Source: Chrysomallon squamiferum (taxonomy: Eukaryota > Animalia > Mollusca). Taken from it: DNA of 64,000 bases. Where the stretch lies: positions 13,144,001-13,208,000 of the forward strand of contig CM022672.1 of the NCBI GenBank assembly GCA_012295275.1, given 5' to 3'. The notes under the pieces are model-generated. The model searched no databases, was not told the DNA's origin, and saw nothing but the letters and a program-made list of their open reading frames with translations. The translations under genes and the position numbers were made by a program. This document shows, piece after piece, positions 43,802-57,343 of this stretch (within the stretch, counting starts at the first letter, position 1; every line of letters starts with the position of its first letter).

Positions 43802-45262
43802 CCGAACATCAAATGGCCAAAATTCTCATTCGTCCAACCAGATAAAACCCAACTGAACTCTATCTAGCCCAGCCTAAAATAGAAAATCACGTAACCATTG
43901 TTATTAGAACTTACAGTACTGTTTCAATCATCTAATGTGTGTTATTGTTTTATTACATGCCGAGCAAACAGTGGAGACTTCACTGTTTAATAAAGAGTTT
44001 ATTCTGGGCTGAAAGTAATTGTCTACTGCACGATTTCTTTTAATTTTTTATAACATTTACGGTAAGACAACATTTGGTCATTAAAAGCGATTGTCGTATA
44101 CTCGAATGTAGTATAATTATGATAGATCTCATCATGGTCGTTTATTGAATTAATTTGTTCTTAAAAGAATACTCACACTAAAACTCGAGCTATTTGAGTT
44201 TGAAAGATGTACGTCGTGAGGACAATAAATACCACGATGATGATGACGTACTGATAATGCTAACAACAACAACAACAATAATAAAATTTACAAAACACAC
44301 AGACGTTTTGACATTCATTTATGCAGTCTCGTCCATGAAAAAGAAGACAGGGAAAAAAAAAAACAAAAACCCCACTACACACACAGTAACAACAGAACGC
44401 AGAAAAAAACTTACAAAGTCAAACAAATATCGAAAAATATTTGAGTAATAACATTTGTCAAATTAAGAACGGTTAAAAACAAAACAAAAAGTAAATTAAC
44501 AAGTTTTTTGTTTTTTCTCTCCACCTCCTACCATCAGTATTTATACTGATTAATGATTAGATTCATGGTAATAAATAAATGAACAAATATTATGTTTACG
44601 TTAACAGAATTTATGTATGTTCAATAATCTCTCTGTCTTTTTGTCTGTCTGTCTATCCATTTATCTCTCTCTCTCTCTTCCTCCCACCGTCTCCATCTCA
44701 CTCTCACTCGTCAGTTAAGTACTTAATATTAACGTTTTAATTACGAAACCCAGTGAGACTGTTGCTAGTATTGTTACGCTTTGGGAACTAATGAAAAAAC
44801 CGGTCTACTGGGTAGTGGCGACCAATGGTAGAAAAGAGGACTCAATGAAGTGGAACCGTAATGTGAGAGTTTAATTGTTATAGGAAAGAATATTATTGTT
44901 GGTATTCATAGACCAAATAAATTAAATGTCACGATTTATTTGTTTTAACCTGAGCAACGAATGGAGTCATGGTTCATTGATTTGTAAAGTGTAAAGCAAT
45001 ATTTTCTATGAACACATGGTTTATGATCGTGGATCAAACTGTCTTTCACGATAGGTTGCAGTTATACGCGGCTACACACCCACATACACACAAGAACAAA
45101 TAAATAACAACAACAACAACAGCAACAGCAACAACAACAACAAAAATAGTAACAAGACATTTAAAAAAAAAATTTTTTTCATATATTATGATTGTATTGA
45201 AAAGTTTTAAATTATACTTTGCGTGAAATACTCATGAATAACATTAATTTTGTATAAATTAC

Positions 45263-45331
<69 letters not shown>

Positions 45332-45469
45332 ATAGTGTGTTTTTCTCTGGTTTATTATATTAATGGGTCGGTGGAGATGTTTTTACTTTGTCTTGTTTTG
45401 CTGAAGGGTTTTGCAAATTTTAAAAAAGTTTATTTGAAAATATGATTGTATTTTCGTTTGCGTTTGTAT

Positions 45470-46324
45470 GTATGCATGTCTATAGGTATGAATATTTCTG
45501 TGTGCGTGCGTGCCTGTGTATGTAGGAACGTAAGTTTGTATGCATCTTTGAGTGTATGAATGTGTTCGTATGTATGTATATTTCTACGTGTTTATATCTA
45601 CATATATATGTGTGATTTACCTGTTTGTCTGTGTATGTATGTGTGTATGTATATATGTGTATATATTAATTTGTGTTTTGCTGGGTTTTTTATGTATTTG
45701 CATGTATATACATTCATATTTGTTTGCGTTTCTACATGTTTATGTATGTGTATATATGTGTCTCTATATATGCATGTGTGTATGTATGTTCATTATGTCT
45801 GCTTTTGTTTGTACGTGCGTGTGTCTGGATGTATTTATATCTCTTTAGATTTGTGTAAATGCGTTTTCTGTAATGTTTGTCTGTGCGTCTTTGTATGTGC
45901 CTGAGCTTATATTTATATACTTGCGTGTGACTGTAGCCGTGCTTATATTTGACTTCCTGTTTTTCTGCTGTTTGTTTACACGTGTGTTTCTATGTCTGTC
46001 TATGGGTGTGTGCATCTGTGTTTAAGTCAGTGCAAGTTTGTTGTACGTGTGTGTATCTACGTGTATATTTTCCATTTTTATGTTTGTTTATATGCGTGTC
46101 TGTTTTTCTTTCTACATATGTTTCTGTATGGGTGTTTATATTTGCGTAGATGCATCTTTGTTTTTACATGTGTGTGCATTCGTGTTCGTGTGTGCACATG
46201 AGTATGTGTGTGTGTGCGCATATACGGGTGCATCTACATATGCATGTAAAAGTGTATCAGTGTTCATTTTTGTTTGTGTTTCTGTAATTGTAGTTTTGTT
46301 CTTATGTGGAGGTTTGTCTGTGCA

Positions 46325-46370
<46 letters not shown>
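45470..46370. repeat. Degenerate TG/TA-rich simple repeat tract
   Basis: Decayed (TG)n/(TATG)n ending in a perfect (TG)n. Source of the spurious C/V/Y/M-rich ORFs. Confidence 0.85.
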
Positions 46371-47958
46371 CAGTAGAGAATGATCAGTAGTCAATTTGCA
46401 CACTTCTTATTGGTGATTCCATTCTGGTTGCTATGGCGAGTGATCCAAAGCAGAGGCTTGAGCAAGTCAGTGGTCCTTAATGTTTCCATGCTCTGGACGC
46501 TCTCACTTTGAGTAAACACGCCTTCTAACAGTTAATATTTCGTTGAAAGATGTTGATTCTAGTTTAGTTATTTGACGAATTAGACAAATCATTGAATGTG
46601 TACCATTATTCAAATGTTCCAGTCTTGAAGCAGTAATTTTTTTATTTCTTAATTAGTTCAGTACTAACTGTTGTCTGTTTTGTAATCACTGATTAATCTT
46701 TAATGTTTCTTGCAAACCTTATTATTCAAGAGAAGTTAGTTGTTAAGGACGTTTAATGACGTCACACAATGGACCAGAAATACTTTCGTTGCCTCTTTTT
46801 GGATTCTAACTGTATATAAATTTTGGACTGCAGCTATGAGTGGAATATTCCATTATTTTATATTATAAATGTATGTAGTTCCAGTGTAATTTAGAATTGC
46901 GCTTAAAATTACTAAAACAGTCTTAAATTTCACGGAAATATATATATATATATATATATATATTTTACTAATTTTTTATAAATTAAAATTTATTATTATT
47001 ATGATTATTATTATTTTGTTTCCGATTCGACTAATTTCGTTCGGAATTTTCGTTTGCAATTATAAGTCAAACCAATGCTGCACAACGCATTGTCCACAAT
47101 TTAATTTTTTTAATTTTTTTTTTTTTCTTTATTTATTTTGCGTGAGTGTGAGCGAGCGCATTTGTATACATTAAGAAGTCGATTTTTATTTTTATTTTTT
47201 TATTGTGGAAATCGACAAACATAAAATTACAGACGCAAACGCACATACAAATACAAACAACAATAATAAAGATTATTAATTATCATAATAGTGAAAATGA
47301 TGATGATGACGATACTGAAGGTGGCTATTCTCTGTCTTATGGGAGGAATATATCCTATGCACGTCCCTTTTTTTTTATGTTTTTTTTTTTTTTTTTTAAT
47401 GTCTTTCTTAAACAAATTTAATTTCAACAAAATCAAATTACTTCCAAGAAGAAACCTTGCTGTTTAACACCATATTTATTTATGTTAATTAATATTCGAA
47501 AAAAATGTATAAAAAGAATCTCGCTGCCTGCAAACCAAAAGGCTATTCTCATCTATTATTAATAATTTTGATTTTTACTTGCTGATCTACTTTGCATTCG
47601 TATGGTTTTTCATGACAATTTTATTTTATTATTATTATTATTATTATTATTTTAATTTCGTTTCTTTAACAATTAAAATAATTCGTTATTTGTGTAGTTA
47701 GTTATTTAATTAGTTATTTCTAATTCTCTGCACGTTTTAGTTGGTCAAATTTATGCGAATTATTTTTTAATTGGAATTGTTACTGGGTTTTTTTTCGGGG
47801 GGGGGGTATTTATTTATTTATTAAAGTACTGAATTGAGGGTTTTTTTTCGAGCGAACTTGCTTTCTTGTTATAGTTCACAAACGAAGTAACGAATAGTTA
47901 CAATGCATTATTTAACCAATGTAGATTATCAAGACTAGTTAAAGATAACTCCATTATA

Positions 47959-47965
47959 CCGGAAG
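47959..47965 (+). promoter_or_regulatory. ETS-type site in the CACYBP promoter
   Basis: CCGGAAG about 100 bp upstream of the ATG at 48065, typical of TATA-less housekeeping promoters. Confidence 0.4.
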
Positions 47966-48064
47966 CACATGTTTAGGAAATTCCGGGAAACCAAATGAAA
48001 AGTTAAAAATATTTTTAGAAGGTTCGAGAATTAAGTGAGGCTGAATACTTCTCACAGTGAAACA

Positions 48065-49275
48065 ATGTCAGCAGTGGATGAGGTAATTAGATTATAGATG
48101 AAATAATAGATAAACTGAGCATGCGAACAGGCTGAGTAGGTTGTAAACGTTCACATCTGATGCTAAATATTTATGACGCAAATTAAATTTGAAATCGACA
48201 AAACAAATGAATCGAAACAGACTGATGAATGATGAAGTGATAATGATATCCGCATCAGTTTAAAGCAAACATGGCCAGATATACTAATTATAAAGAATTT
48301 TAATCATTTTGGAAGATTCAGCCATAAGTATTACACTGAATATATTATATTCATAATATTGTGATCATTTTACTTAGGGAACAGCAACATTATGAAAAGA
48401 GGTAAAAAGAAATAATAAATGTAAAATAAAAACAATTTGATACGTAGTTAGTAGATTAACATTAAAATAAGCATATATCAGTTAGTAGACTAACATTAAA
48501 ATAAGCATGCATCATTCATACATCCTTCTTGTTGACATTTAAGTTTGTTCTGGGGGGCGTTTCTATTTAAAAAGTAAAATTTATGTAATTTGGAAATAAA
48601 ATTATTAAAAGATAGTAAAGTGGTGATATATAACTTACAACGATTTTCAAACTGAAAACAAAGCCAATGTATTTGGGAGAAATTATGAAAGTGTAAAATA
48701 ATTAATGAAAACATTTAAAATGTATTCTTGCAGCTTAAAAAGGATGTTGAAGAACTCAAGAAGTTTTTTGAGGAAGCTTCAAGAACCAGAGTACGTGACA
48801 TTTTGGAATTAGAACTTCACAAGCTTGAGTTTCAGCTGCAGCAGAAACTGGGTGATGGTGATCATGAACCTGTCGAGTCAGATGCAGTTACTACTAGCTC
48901 ACCACCTGTTCTTGGCAAAGGACTAGTATTCACAGAAAAAATTACAAATTATGGTGATTCCTCTCTCTTCTTTATTTTTTATTATTATTAATTTTTCTAT
49001 CACAGTACTTCTTTTGCTAAATAATTTAATCTCAAAATGGTTTTTGAAAAGATACTAGCTATATAATTAATACATTTTAGGTTTCCATTTGGTTTAAGAT
49101 ATATACATACATACACACACACAGTGTTTACAGTATTAGTTGTGTGTTGAAACTGTTCTCAACTTGTTGTATTTAAAATTATTTTCTGTTGTTTGAAACA
49201 GTAAAACTGATTTGTTTTCTTTTTGATTCATGTAGGTTAATTGGTCTAATTATATATATAACTGGTCTCTATTTT

Positions 49276-49317
<42 letters not shown>

Positions 49318-49541
49318 GTAGTCAAAGCATTCTATTTATGGTAGAAAAATAAACTTGAATTATTTAGTTATATTGCATTACTGATCTTGTTAATTACTAA
49401 TTAAATTTTTTTTTTTTTCAGCTTGGGATCAGTCTGAAAAGTTTATGAAATTGTATGTTACCTTGAATGGGGTTCATTCACTTCCAAAGGAAGATATAAC
49501 TTCAAAGTTCACTGAAAAGTTTGTATTTTCAGAATCAGATT

Positions 49542-49581
<40 letters not shown>

Positions 49582-49959
49582 CCACCTTCATTTTCACTTC
49601 TTATACTGTACATGTAGTTTAGTTCTTGTTATTGAAAAATTATTTTATTTTAAGACTATTTATATATCTAGATTATAATTGTAGTATGTTAGAACTACAG
49701 TTAAAGCATTATTACTACAGTCATTTGGATTATGATAATTTTAAAATATTTTGTTCAGCAAAACTGTTAGGTCCAATTAACTGATTTTTAGACTGGTTGC
49801 ACTGAAGAACCAAGTAAGACTTATTAATTTTATAATAATGTATTTTATTAACTACTGGTGTTGTATATTGTTATTTCTATTTTTAAAATTATTTTATTTT
49901 TTTACTTTTATTTAATTATTATCTATCTATCTATCTATCTATCTGTCTATCTGTCGATC

Positions 49960-50007
<48 letters not shown>

Positions 50008-51279
50008 CATACATATATGTATATACATTTTTTTTTTTTTTTTTTTTGCAGGTCAGTTGAACTACATATAAAAAATCTGAACAACAAAAACTATGAACTT
50101 TATATAACCAAAGTGTGCGAGAAGATTGAACCAGAAGCAAGTTACCATAAAGTAAGTTACAGGATTTCATTCACTGAGTGTTTTTTCTTAAATTAAACAA
50201 ATAAATTACTACAATAACTGTCACAATGCTCAACACTCTTCATCCATATCTTAAGATTTATGTAGTTAGACATTGAAAATAATGTTTTTAGTAATAATGA
50301 CAACAACAGTAATAAAAAGAAATGTATATATTCAAACATATTAATTACTAGGATGAAAATTATATTGCCCTGTACTATTGATAACCAGCATTATTCCATT
50401 ATGTTTTACGTTTTGACTAACACTTAATATTTGTATATTATAATGACACTTTTTAAAATTACCAATAACTTACAAAATAAAATGGCATTTTTGAGGAACA
50501 TAATTAACTTTAAAATGCTTTATCATTCCTGAATTCTTTGTTAAAATCTGGCTCATCTTTCAAGTTGTGTGATCTGTTTTATTAGCATTGGTTTTATTAT
50601 TATTATTAGTGGTAAATGATTTCCAGGAGAAATATAACTTACCTCTCTTTATTTCAGGTTAAAACCGATATGATTTTGTTGATGTTAAAGAAAAAAGACA
50701 CTGGTAAAACATGGGCGTATGTCACAGAAGCAGAGAAGAAAGCAAAAGAAGCCAAAAAGTGAGTGATACTTAAGTTGAAATTAGCACAGAAGTGATATGT
50801 AACTGAACACTGTTGGAATAATTTTTTTGTAAACTCATTGCTGGATTTGTACCTAATTTTATACCAAATATTGTGGTATAAAGGAGAATCAGAAAAGCAA
50901 AATAATCCAGAAATTGAGCAATACTGAAATAGTGTTAGCTAGTCAGCATCTTTTTGTAAACTCATTGCTGGATTTGTACATAATGTTCTACCAAATATTA
51001 TTATTCTGTTGTTTAAAGATCTTAGTTTCTACAGTTCTTCAAAATGAAATGGTAGGCTTCAAGTGTATATGTGTATATTCAATTATTTATTGATTTTGTA
51101 AAACTTGTGCATATTTCACCTGATTAACAATAATAATCTTATAAGACAATCCCTTCTACAGAAATGGAAAATCCTTTACATGCTCAGGCTAAAAGCTAAT
51201 ATATCATAGTAATCTTGAAACTATATATTCATATATACATACATATATAGATATATATACATACACATACATACATACA

Positions 51280-51313
<34 letters not shown>

Positions 51314-51406
51314 GATATATATACATACACATACATACACATACATACATACATACATATATAGATATACATACATACACATACATACATACATACATAC
51401 ATACAA

Positions 51407-51441
<35 letters not shown>

Positions 51442-52131
51442 CACATATGCATATATATATATATGTATGTCTGTATGTATGTATATATATATATATATGT
51501 ATGTATGTAAGCATATAGTTTCAAGATTTCTAAGATGTATTAGCTTTTAGCCTCAGCATGTAAAGCATTTTCCATTTCTATAGAAGGATTTGTTTTGAAA
51601 AAAATAAAAGGTCACTATCCATGCATCCATGGAATTATGTATTTTGCAGTGGATGTTAATCTGGGAGCCTTATCAGTATTAAAAACACTTAACAGTTTAC
51701 TACTTTTCATGGTTCACAATTCACTAGCATTTTTCATACTGTTATTCAAAACAGTTGGTGGCAGGCTATTAAGAGTTACCATCATCATCCTTGTCTAGTA
51801 GATTAAACTATTTTCTTGTGTATGGGATGGTTATTATAAATGCCAGCATTCAACAGAATAACAATCGATTTGGTGTAGTGAATTTCTTTTCTTAAGTCAT
51901 TGTTCACTTAATAATGACAGTAATAAAATGCAATGAGGTATTAAAAATAAATTGTAATTTATTCTAAATATATCTTTTTATTGTTACAGACCAACATTTG
52001 ATGAAAAGGATGATCCAAATGCAAGTATAATGAAACTTATGCAGAACATGTATGAGGAGGGAGATGATGAAATGAAGAGGACCATTTCAAAAGCTTGGTC
52101 AGAATCCAGAGAAAAACAACCTTCATTTTAG
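48065..52131 (+). CDS. CACYBP: Calcyclin-binding protein / Siah-interacting protein (N-terminal helical, CS and SGS domains)
   Basis: Exons 48065-48082, 48734-48953, 49422-49518, 50052-50151, 50658-50758, 51990-52131 (TAG). Translation: MSAVDELKKDVEELKKFFEEASRTRVRDIL..KITNYAWDQSEKFMKLYVTL..KVKTDMILLMLKK..DPNASIMKLMQNMYEEGDDEMKRTISKAWSESR. Confidence 0.95.
50823..50999. repeat. Direct repeat of ~50 bp in CACYBP intron 5
   Basis: tttttgtaaactcattgctggatttgtac..taat..taccaaatatt at ~50823-50872 and ~50950-50999. Confidence 0.8.
51146..51593. repeat. Fold-back element: ~80-bp inverted arms around a (TACA)n/(TATG)n core; MITE-like
   Basis: Left arm 51146-51226 (cttctacagaaatggaaaatcctttacatgctcaggctaaaagctaat..tcttgaaactatat) is the near-perfect reverse complement of 51513-51593. 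Confidence 0.85.
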
Positions 52132-52803
52132 AAAATCATTTTTTTTATACTGAAGATTACATTTTTTTTTTTTTATGCTGAAGCTTAGAAAACTAAAACT
52201 AGTTTATTTTATCTCCTGTGACACAGTATATTCCTGCATCATCCCAGTCTGCAAAATTTCAAAAAAACCCTAATAACAGGTGTTTTGATTCAAGACTAAA
52301 TTTGTTTTATGTGCATCGATACTGACATTAATTGTAAGAACTAAAGATGTCAAATTTTTGTTAGTAAACATGTGGAAATGTCAGGTTGAATGATTGTGGA
52401 AGCTAATTTAATAAATAAAAAATTGAAAACTGCTTAAATCAGACTAAAACAACCCTTGATGAGCATGTGAATTAAAGAGTGAGAGAGGGCTAGCTAGGAG
52501 AGGTTGGCAGACATCAGAATAATTGTACAGAATAATTTTGTATTTACTCAACTTCCAGCTACTTTTTATTTTTTATTTTTTTCCAAGATTGTTTTTGTAT
52601 TGGAGAGAATTAAGAAATCCTATTTTTCACTGTGTGTTTTAAAACATTTTGATATTACACTTATCTTGTTCTGAATCAACAATTATGACAAATTGTTTTT
52701 TGTTTTTGTAAAGCCCTTTATCTCCTAGGTTCACAGTGTAGCTCTAACAATTTGATCAATAATAATAGAATATTAAAAAGTGTTACTTTAATTACAATCT
52801 TGC

Positions 52804-52844
<41 letters not shown>

Positions 52845-53886
52845 CCATGAAAGGGAAGTGCAAAAAACAGTAGAGAATTAAAAAAAAAAAAAAATATGAT
52901 GTAACAACTCGGTGCCATTTTAAATACTTGACATAAAGCATGACAGACATTAATGGTGTGAAATAGTGTAAAATACTGGAGTAATATGGACATGCTCAAG
53001 ATGATTTATAATTGTCCAGACTTGTTATCATGAATCCAAAACCAAACAATAAGTATAATGAAGTTATCAATGTATGTGTATTTAATAATGTTTTGTTTTA
53101 GGCTTAGGTCTTAATAAAAAGAATGGCAATATTTGTTTTATTTTGTTTTTTAAATTTATTGAAATTACTTATTAATGTTGTAAAACTTGGATATATTGTT
53201 ATGGTATCCAATTTAACCTAATTAACCTCTGTTTAAAGAAACTAATCATATTTTAATATTGTTTCAGGAAAGATTCTTTAATAACCAGAAAGTTCTTTAA
53301 CTTTTTTCAGTTAATAGATTATAAAATTGGGAGTAGATATCACACTAGTTTGAAATTATAAAAAGATTAACTGGTCAGTTCTTCATTCAGTGCTGTTTGG
53401 TGAGGTGTTAAGTTTCACTGTTAGTTTGTTATAAGCAGTGTTTACCCTGTGTGCAGCATTGGCCCACAAACCTTCAACCTTTATCAAGGGTATTGAGAAT
53501 TTCTGAAAGGATGAAAAAGATAATTAGTTTGTAGTTTCTCGTATCTTTCACTCATTACTGCATTATACATAAACACCATTTTAAATAGCTGGAAAGGTAT
53601 AGGGGAACATTGAAGATGAAAATGAGAATCAAGGGTATAGATATATAAAAATAGTTTGTAAACTACAGGTTATAAAAACAGAATATATGAACCAATGTAT
53701 GCAGTTTTTAATATACAATCAAATATATGATTTCACACCTTAAGTTATAAATTCCATTCCAAGAAAAAATGCTAGAAAACGCTAGAAACGTTATAAAATG
53801 CTAGAAAACTGATGGAATGAAAAAGTTTTGTATTTTATTTATAATTTCTATAATGATACAAAATAACGAAACTAGAGCATGCAAAA

Positions 53887-54328
53887 TCACTCTGGATAAA
53901 TTCGGCCTATGAAATAGAATTCTTTGTTTGGTTTCATTTCTGTCAGGTGTGCAAGTCTGTTTGACATGGATATAAAGGCTGCCACTGTTCCAATGTCCCA
54001 TGCATCGTCTTGTGTCAGGTTGTGTTCATAAAGTTTCTTGTACTTTTTTTCTGAAGGGGAATGACTGTGACAAATTTCCATAGCAAACTCCAGTATCGCT
54101 TTTTGTCGAGGATCAAGATCTGCTGTTTTCCAGTTAGCCGAGAGCTATAAGAATTTTTTTTTTTTAAATTAGATAAATAAATAATAACAGCAACACTAAC
54201 ACTAACACTAACAATAATAATAAAACAATCAATATCTGTGAACAAATTAATATATTTTGAATAAAATCTTTAATATCTGATGTCTTTAGAGTCCATTATT
54301 ATTATTATTTATTTTTATTATTTTTTTA

Positions 54329-54370
<42 letters not shown>

Positions 54371-56771
54371 TAGTGTAGAACTAGAAAGTTCTGTATATCT
54401 GGAGACAGACAATGTAAAGAAGTGGAAAATTTTTTCATCTGAATTTTTTTATATATAATTCTTGGGGTTTCAGCTTACAGAAAATGTAACAATGTGCAGT
54501 TTTATTGTATATGGATAAAAAGGGGGAAGGAAATGCCATAAAAAAAACAATTCACATTTTTATTTTATTTAAATGGACTAGTCCTTTTTTTCCTTCAATA
54601 CTATTCATAACTTATATCTAAAACAATATTTAAAGTTGATTTTTTGTTTTTTGTTATCTGTAAAAGCACAGACACAAAAACGATTTTTGTTGTGGCAGAA
54701 CATTTAATTAAGGAAGATTAAGGGAGATTATCTGACAATGAATCAACTTATTAGGTGTTCAAATTGGAAACAATATAACATGTCACTAAACTAGTCTGCT
54801 AGTATTGGATCTTGTAATTATTTGCAAATAGTTAGATATTTAAATTATAAGCAAGTTAAAACAGGTCACTAACCTGGTCTGCTAGTACTGGATCTTTTGA
54901 CTGCATGCGATGGAGTGCACTGTGAGTAATAACACAGTAAGAACATTTGTTCTCCGCACTCACTGTCACTGCTATCATTTCTTTATCTGCTCTGGTCAAA
55001 TTACCTATTTAAATAAATTTTAAAAATTTAAATATTAGCTGCTGCTCTCTTAAAATTTACTTAAATAAATAAAACATTTAAAATTAACTAATTATATAAA
55101 TTATATATTTGAAAATATATATTTTTAAATCTTATCTGCTCTTGTCAAATTACCTAATTAAATAAATTTAAAATTTTCTTGAAAATGTTTATTTTTAAAT
55201 TGGGTGATTCTTGTTAAATTAACTAATTAAATAAATAAAAAAAATTGTTTGAAAATATTTATTTTTAAATATTAGCTGCTCTTTTTAAATATATATAAAG
55301 TGCCTAATAAAAGCAGTGAGTAATCATTAATGTTGTTCTTTACATAAAAGGTTAATGATATAGACATGCCTTTGTTCTGCATGATAATATCATTGTAAAA
55401 AAGAAAAGCCCTCAGTTCTTCAGGTCTGTAAGCCAGTGTACGAAATGCATTTGGAATAAAAGTAGACTGAAAAAAATAATTTACAAAATCATTATTTATT
55501 TCTGAGAACATCTAATGTTAATTTTAGGCCAGTTTTTATTAAATTATTTTTGTTTTGTTTTACAAATGAATGCCAGATGATATATATATATGTATCTATG
55601 TACATGTGTATATGTATGTGTATGTGCATATGTGTAAATATATACATATGTATATATGTATATGTATAGATGTGTATATATATATATATATATATGTGTA
55701 TATGTACATATAAATGTATATAAATACATGTGTGTATGTATATGTATAGATGTGTGTATGTATATATATATATATGTGTGTGTATGTATATGTATATATG
55801 TGTATAATGTACATACATATATATATATACACACACACACACATGTACATATACACATATATACATATACATACACATATATATACATATACACATCTAT
55901 ACATATACGCATGTACATAGATATATATACATACACACATCTATACATATACACATGTACATAGATACATATATATACATACACACATCTATGCATATAC
56001 ATACACATATACATACATAAATGTATAGTTAGCAATACTAAGAAGATATGTGTATATTAAAAATTAAATAAATAACAGTAGACACTAGCTGGAATACCTA
56101 CATTTCCAAATCGATCCTGTAAATCTTTTGGCAGACTGGAAACATCTGGAACAGGGAATCGACTTACAGATTTATCAATGTCTGAAGAAGCAGCACTTGA
56201 TGTAGTGAAACCAACTGTAAGACATTTTGGAATCTGTAAATTAGAAAATGGAAAATAACATAATACCCAAATTAAATTTATTGAGATCTTGTGTACACAG
56301 GACCAAATTTAAAGAGGTTAATGAATCCTAACAATATGGATACACTCACATTACTTCTTTGTTTATTTTTAATGTAAATATAATAATAACAACATTAATC
56401 AAACCGTTGTGTTTTACTTTATTGTTAGTTAAAAGTGTGAATTAATCAAGATTCATATTCTTGGTATAAGTCTTGGAATCAAAATCAGAAATAACAAACT
56501 TGGCTCATTTTTGTTTTGTATATTGTTTATTTTATGTTACGTTCCTTTTTCATTTCATCTAATCTGTCGTTTATTTCGATGACCTACACCAAAACCATGT
56601 AATACATAACAAATGGTTTAAGTTTTGAAGCTGGTACTGTTCTTATAAGCATACAAAAAAAATAGTTTCATGAAATATACTTAACTTTGATTTATTCATT
56701 AATAAACACTGTTTACAGCAGTGTTGGAATTTCGACATGACAAAACACGATCTACTCATATTCATAAACAT
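53887..56771 (-). CDS. AhpD/carboxymuconolactone-decarboxylase-superfamily peroxidase-related enzyme with an N-terminal extension
   Basis: Exons 56771(or 56738)-56655 (least certain), 56233-56102, 55466-55370 (GC donor), 55004-54874, 54144-53887 (TGA). Protein: ..SRFPVPDVSSLPKDLQ..FIPNAFRTLAYRPEELRAF..LTRADKEMIAVTVSAENKCSYCVITH..LDPRQKAILEFA..DAWDIGTVAAFISMSNRLAH..PNKEFY. It has the AhpD E-x6-S-x2-N-x-CxYC-x3-H motif. Confidence 0.9.
55575..56025. repeat. Complex (TA/TG)-(CA/TA) microsatellite with inverted symmetry
   Basis: First half has tatgtatagatgtgtatat units; second half has their complement atatacacatctatacata. Centre near 55810. Confidence 0.8.
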
Positions 56772-56920
56772 TTTAAACTTTCTTTGCCAGTTTCTAACGA
56801 GGAGACTCCACCGACAAGGCTTTCACAATAATTACGGAACATGACGAACTATCCCGATAATTTAGGAAATACCCATTCGGTCCGAGGTAACACCGTAACG
56901 ACTGTACAAGGATAAGAAAA
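56772..56920. promoter_or_regulatory. Bidirectional promoter shared by the AhpD-like gene and IDH3B
   Basis: Divergent start codons only about 150-180 bp apart, in a locally CpG-rich patch. Confidence 0.75.
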
Positions 56921-57289
56921 ATGGCAGCAACATTGCGGAGATTGTCTCACTTAGTAACGAAAGATTTCTTGCAGGATTTAAAAACCTGTGTTCGATCATG
57001 TTCCGTAGGTGTAATATATCATAGTCTGTATCAGTATAATACAAAAAAAAATTACTGTAATGAATCTAGGTTATGTTAATTAACTCGATGTAACATGAAT
57101 CATGAATATATTTACATAATACATCATAACATAATAATTTAAATAGATATTTATTTCAGTTACTGGTAATAAATTTAACATTAAATTAATTTCCGTATAT
57201 TATTCGTACTAACTTTGTTTCAAAATTTATATACAATGCAAACATCAACTAAAAAAGCAACACGGAAATCGAGGTCAAATATCAAGGTT

Positions 57290-57343
<54 letters not shown>

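Noticed and set aside
45552-46376. C/V/Y/M-rich ORFs (also 39788-40322, 51204-51524, 55492-56035)
   Set aside because: Translations of TG/TA microsatellites.
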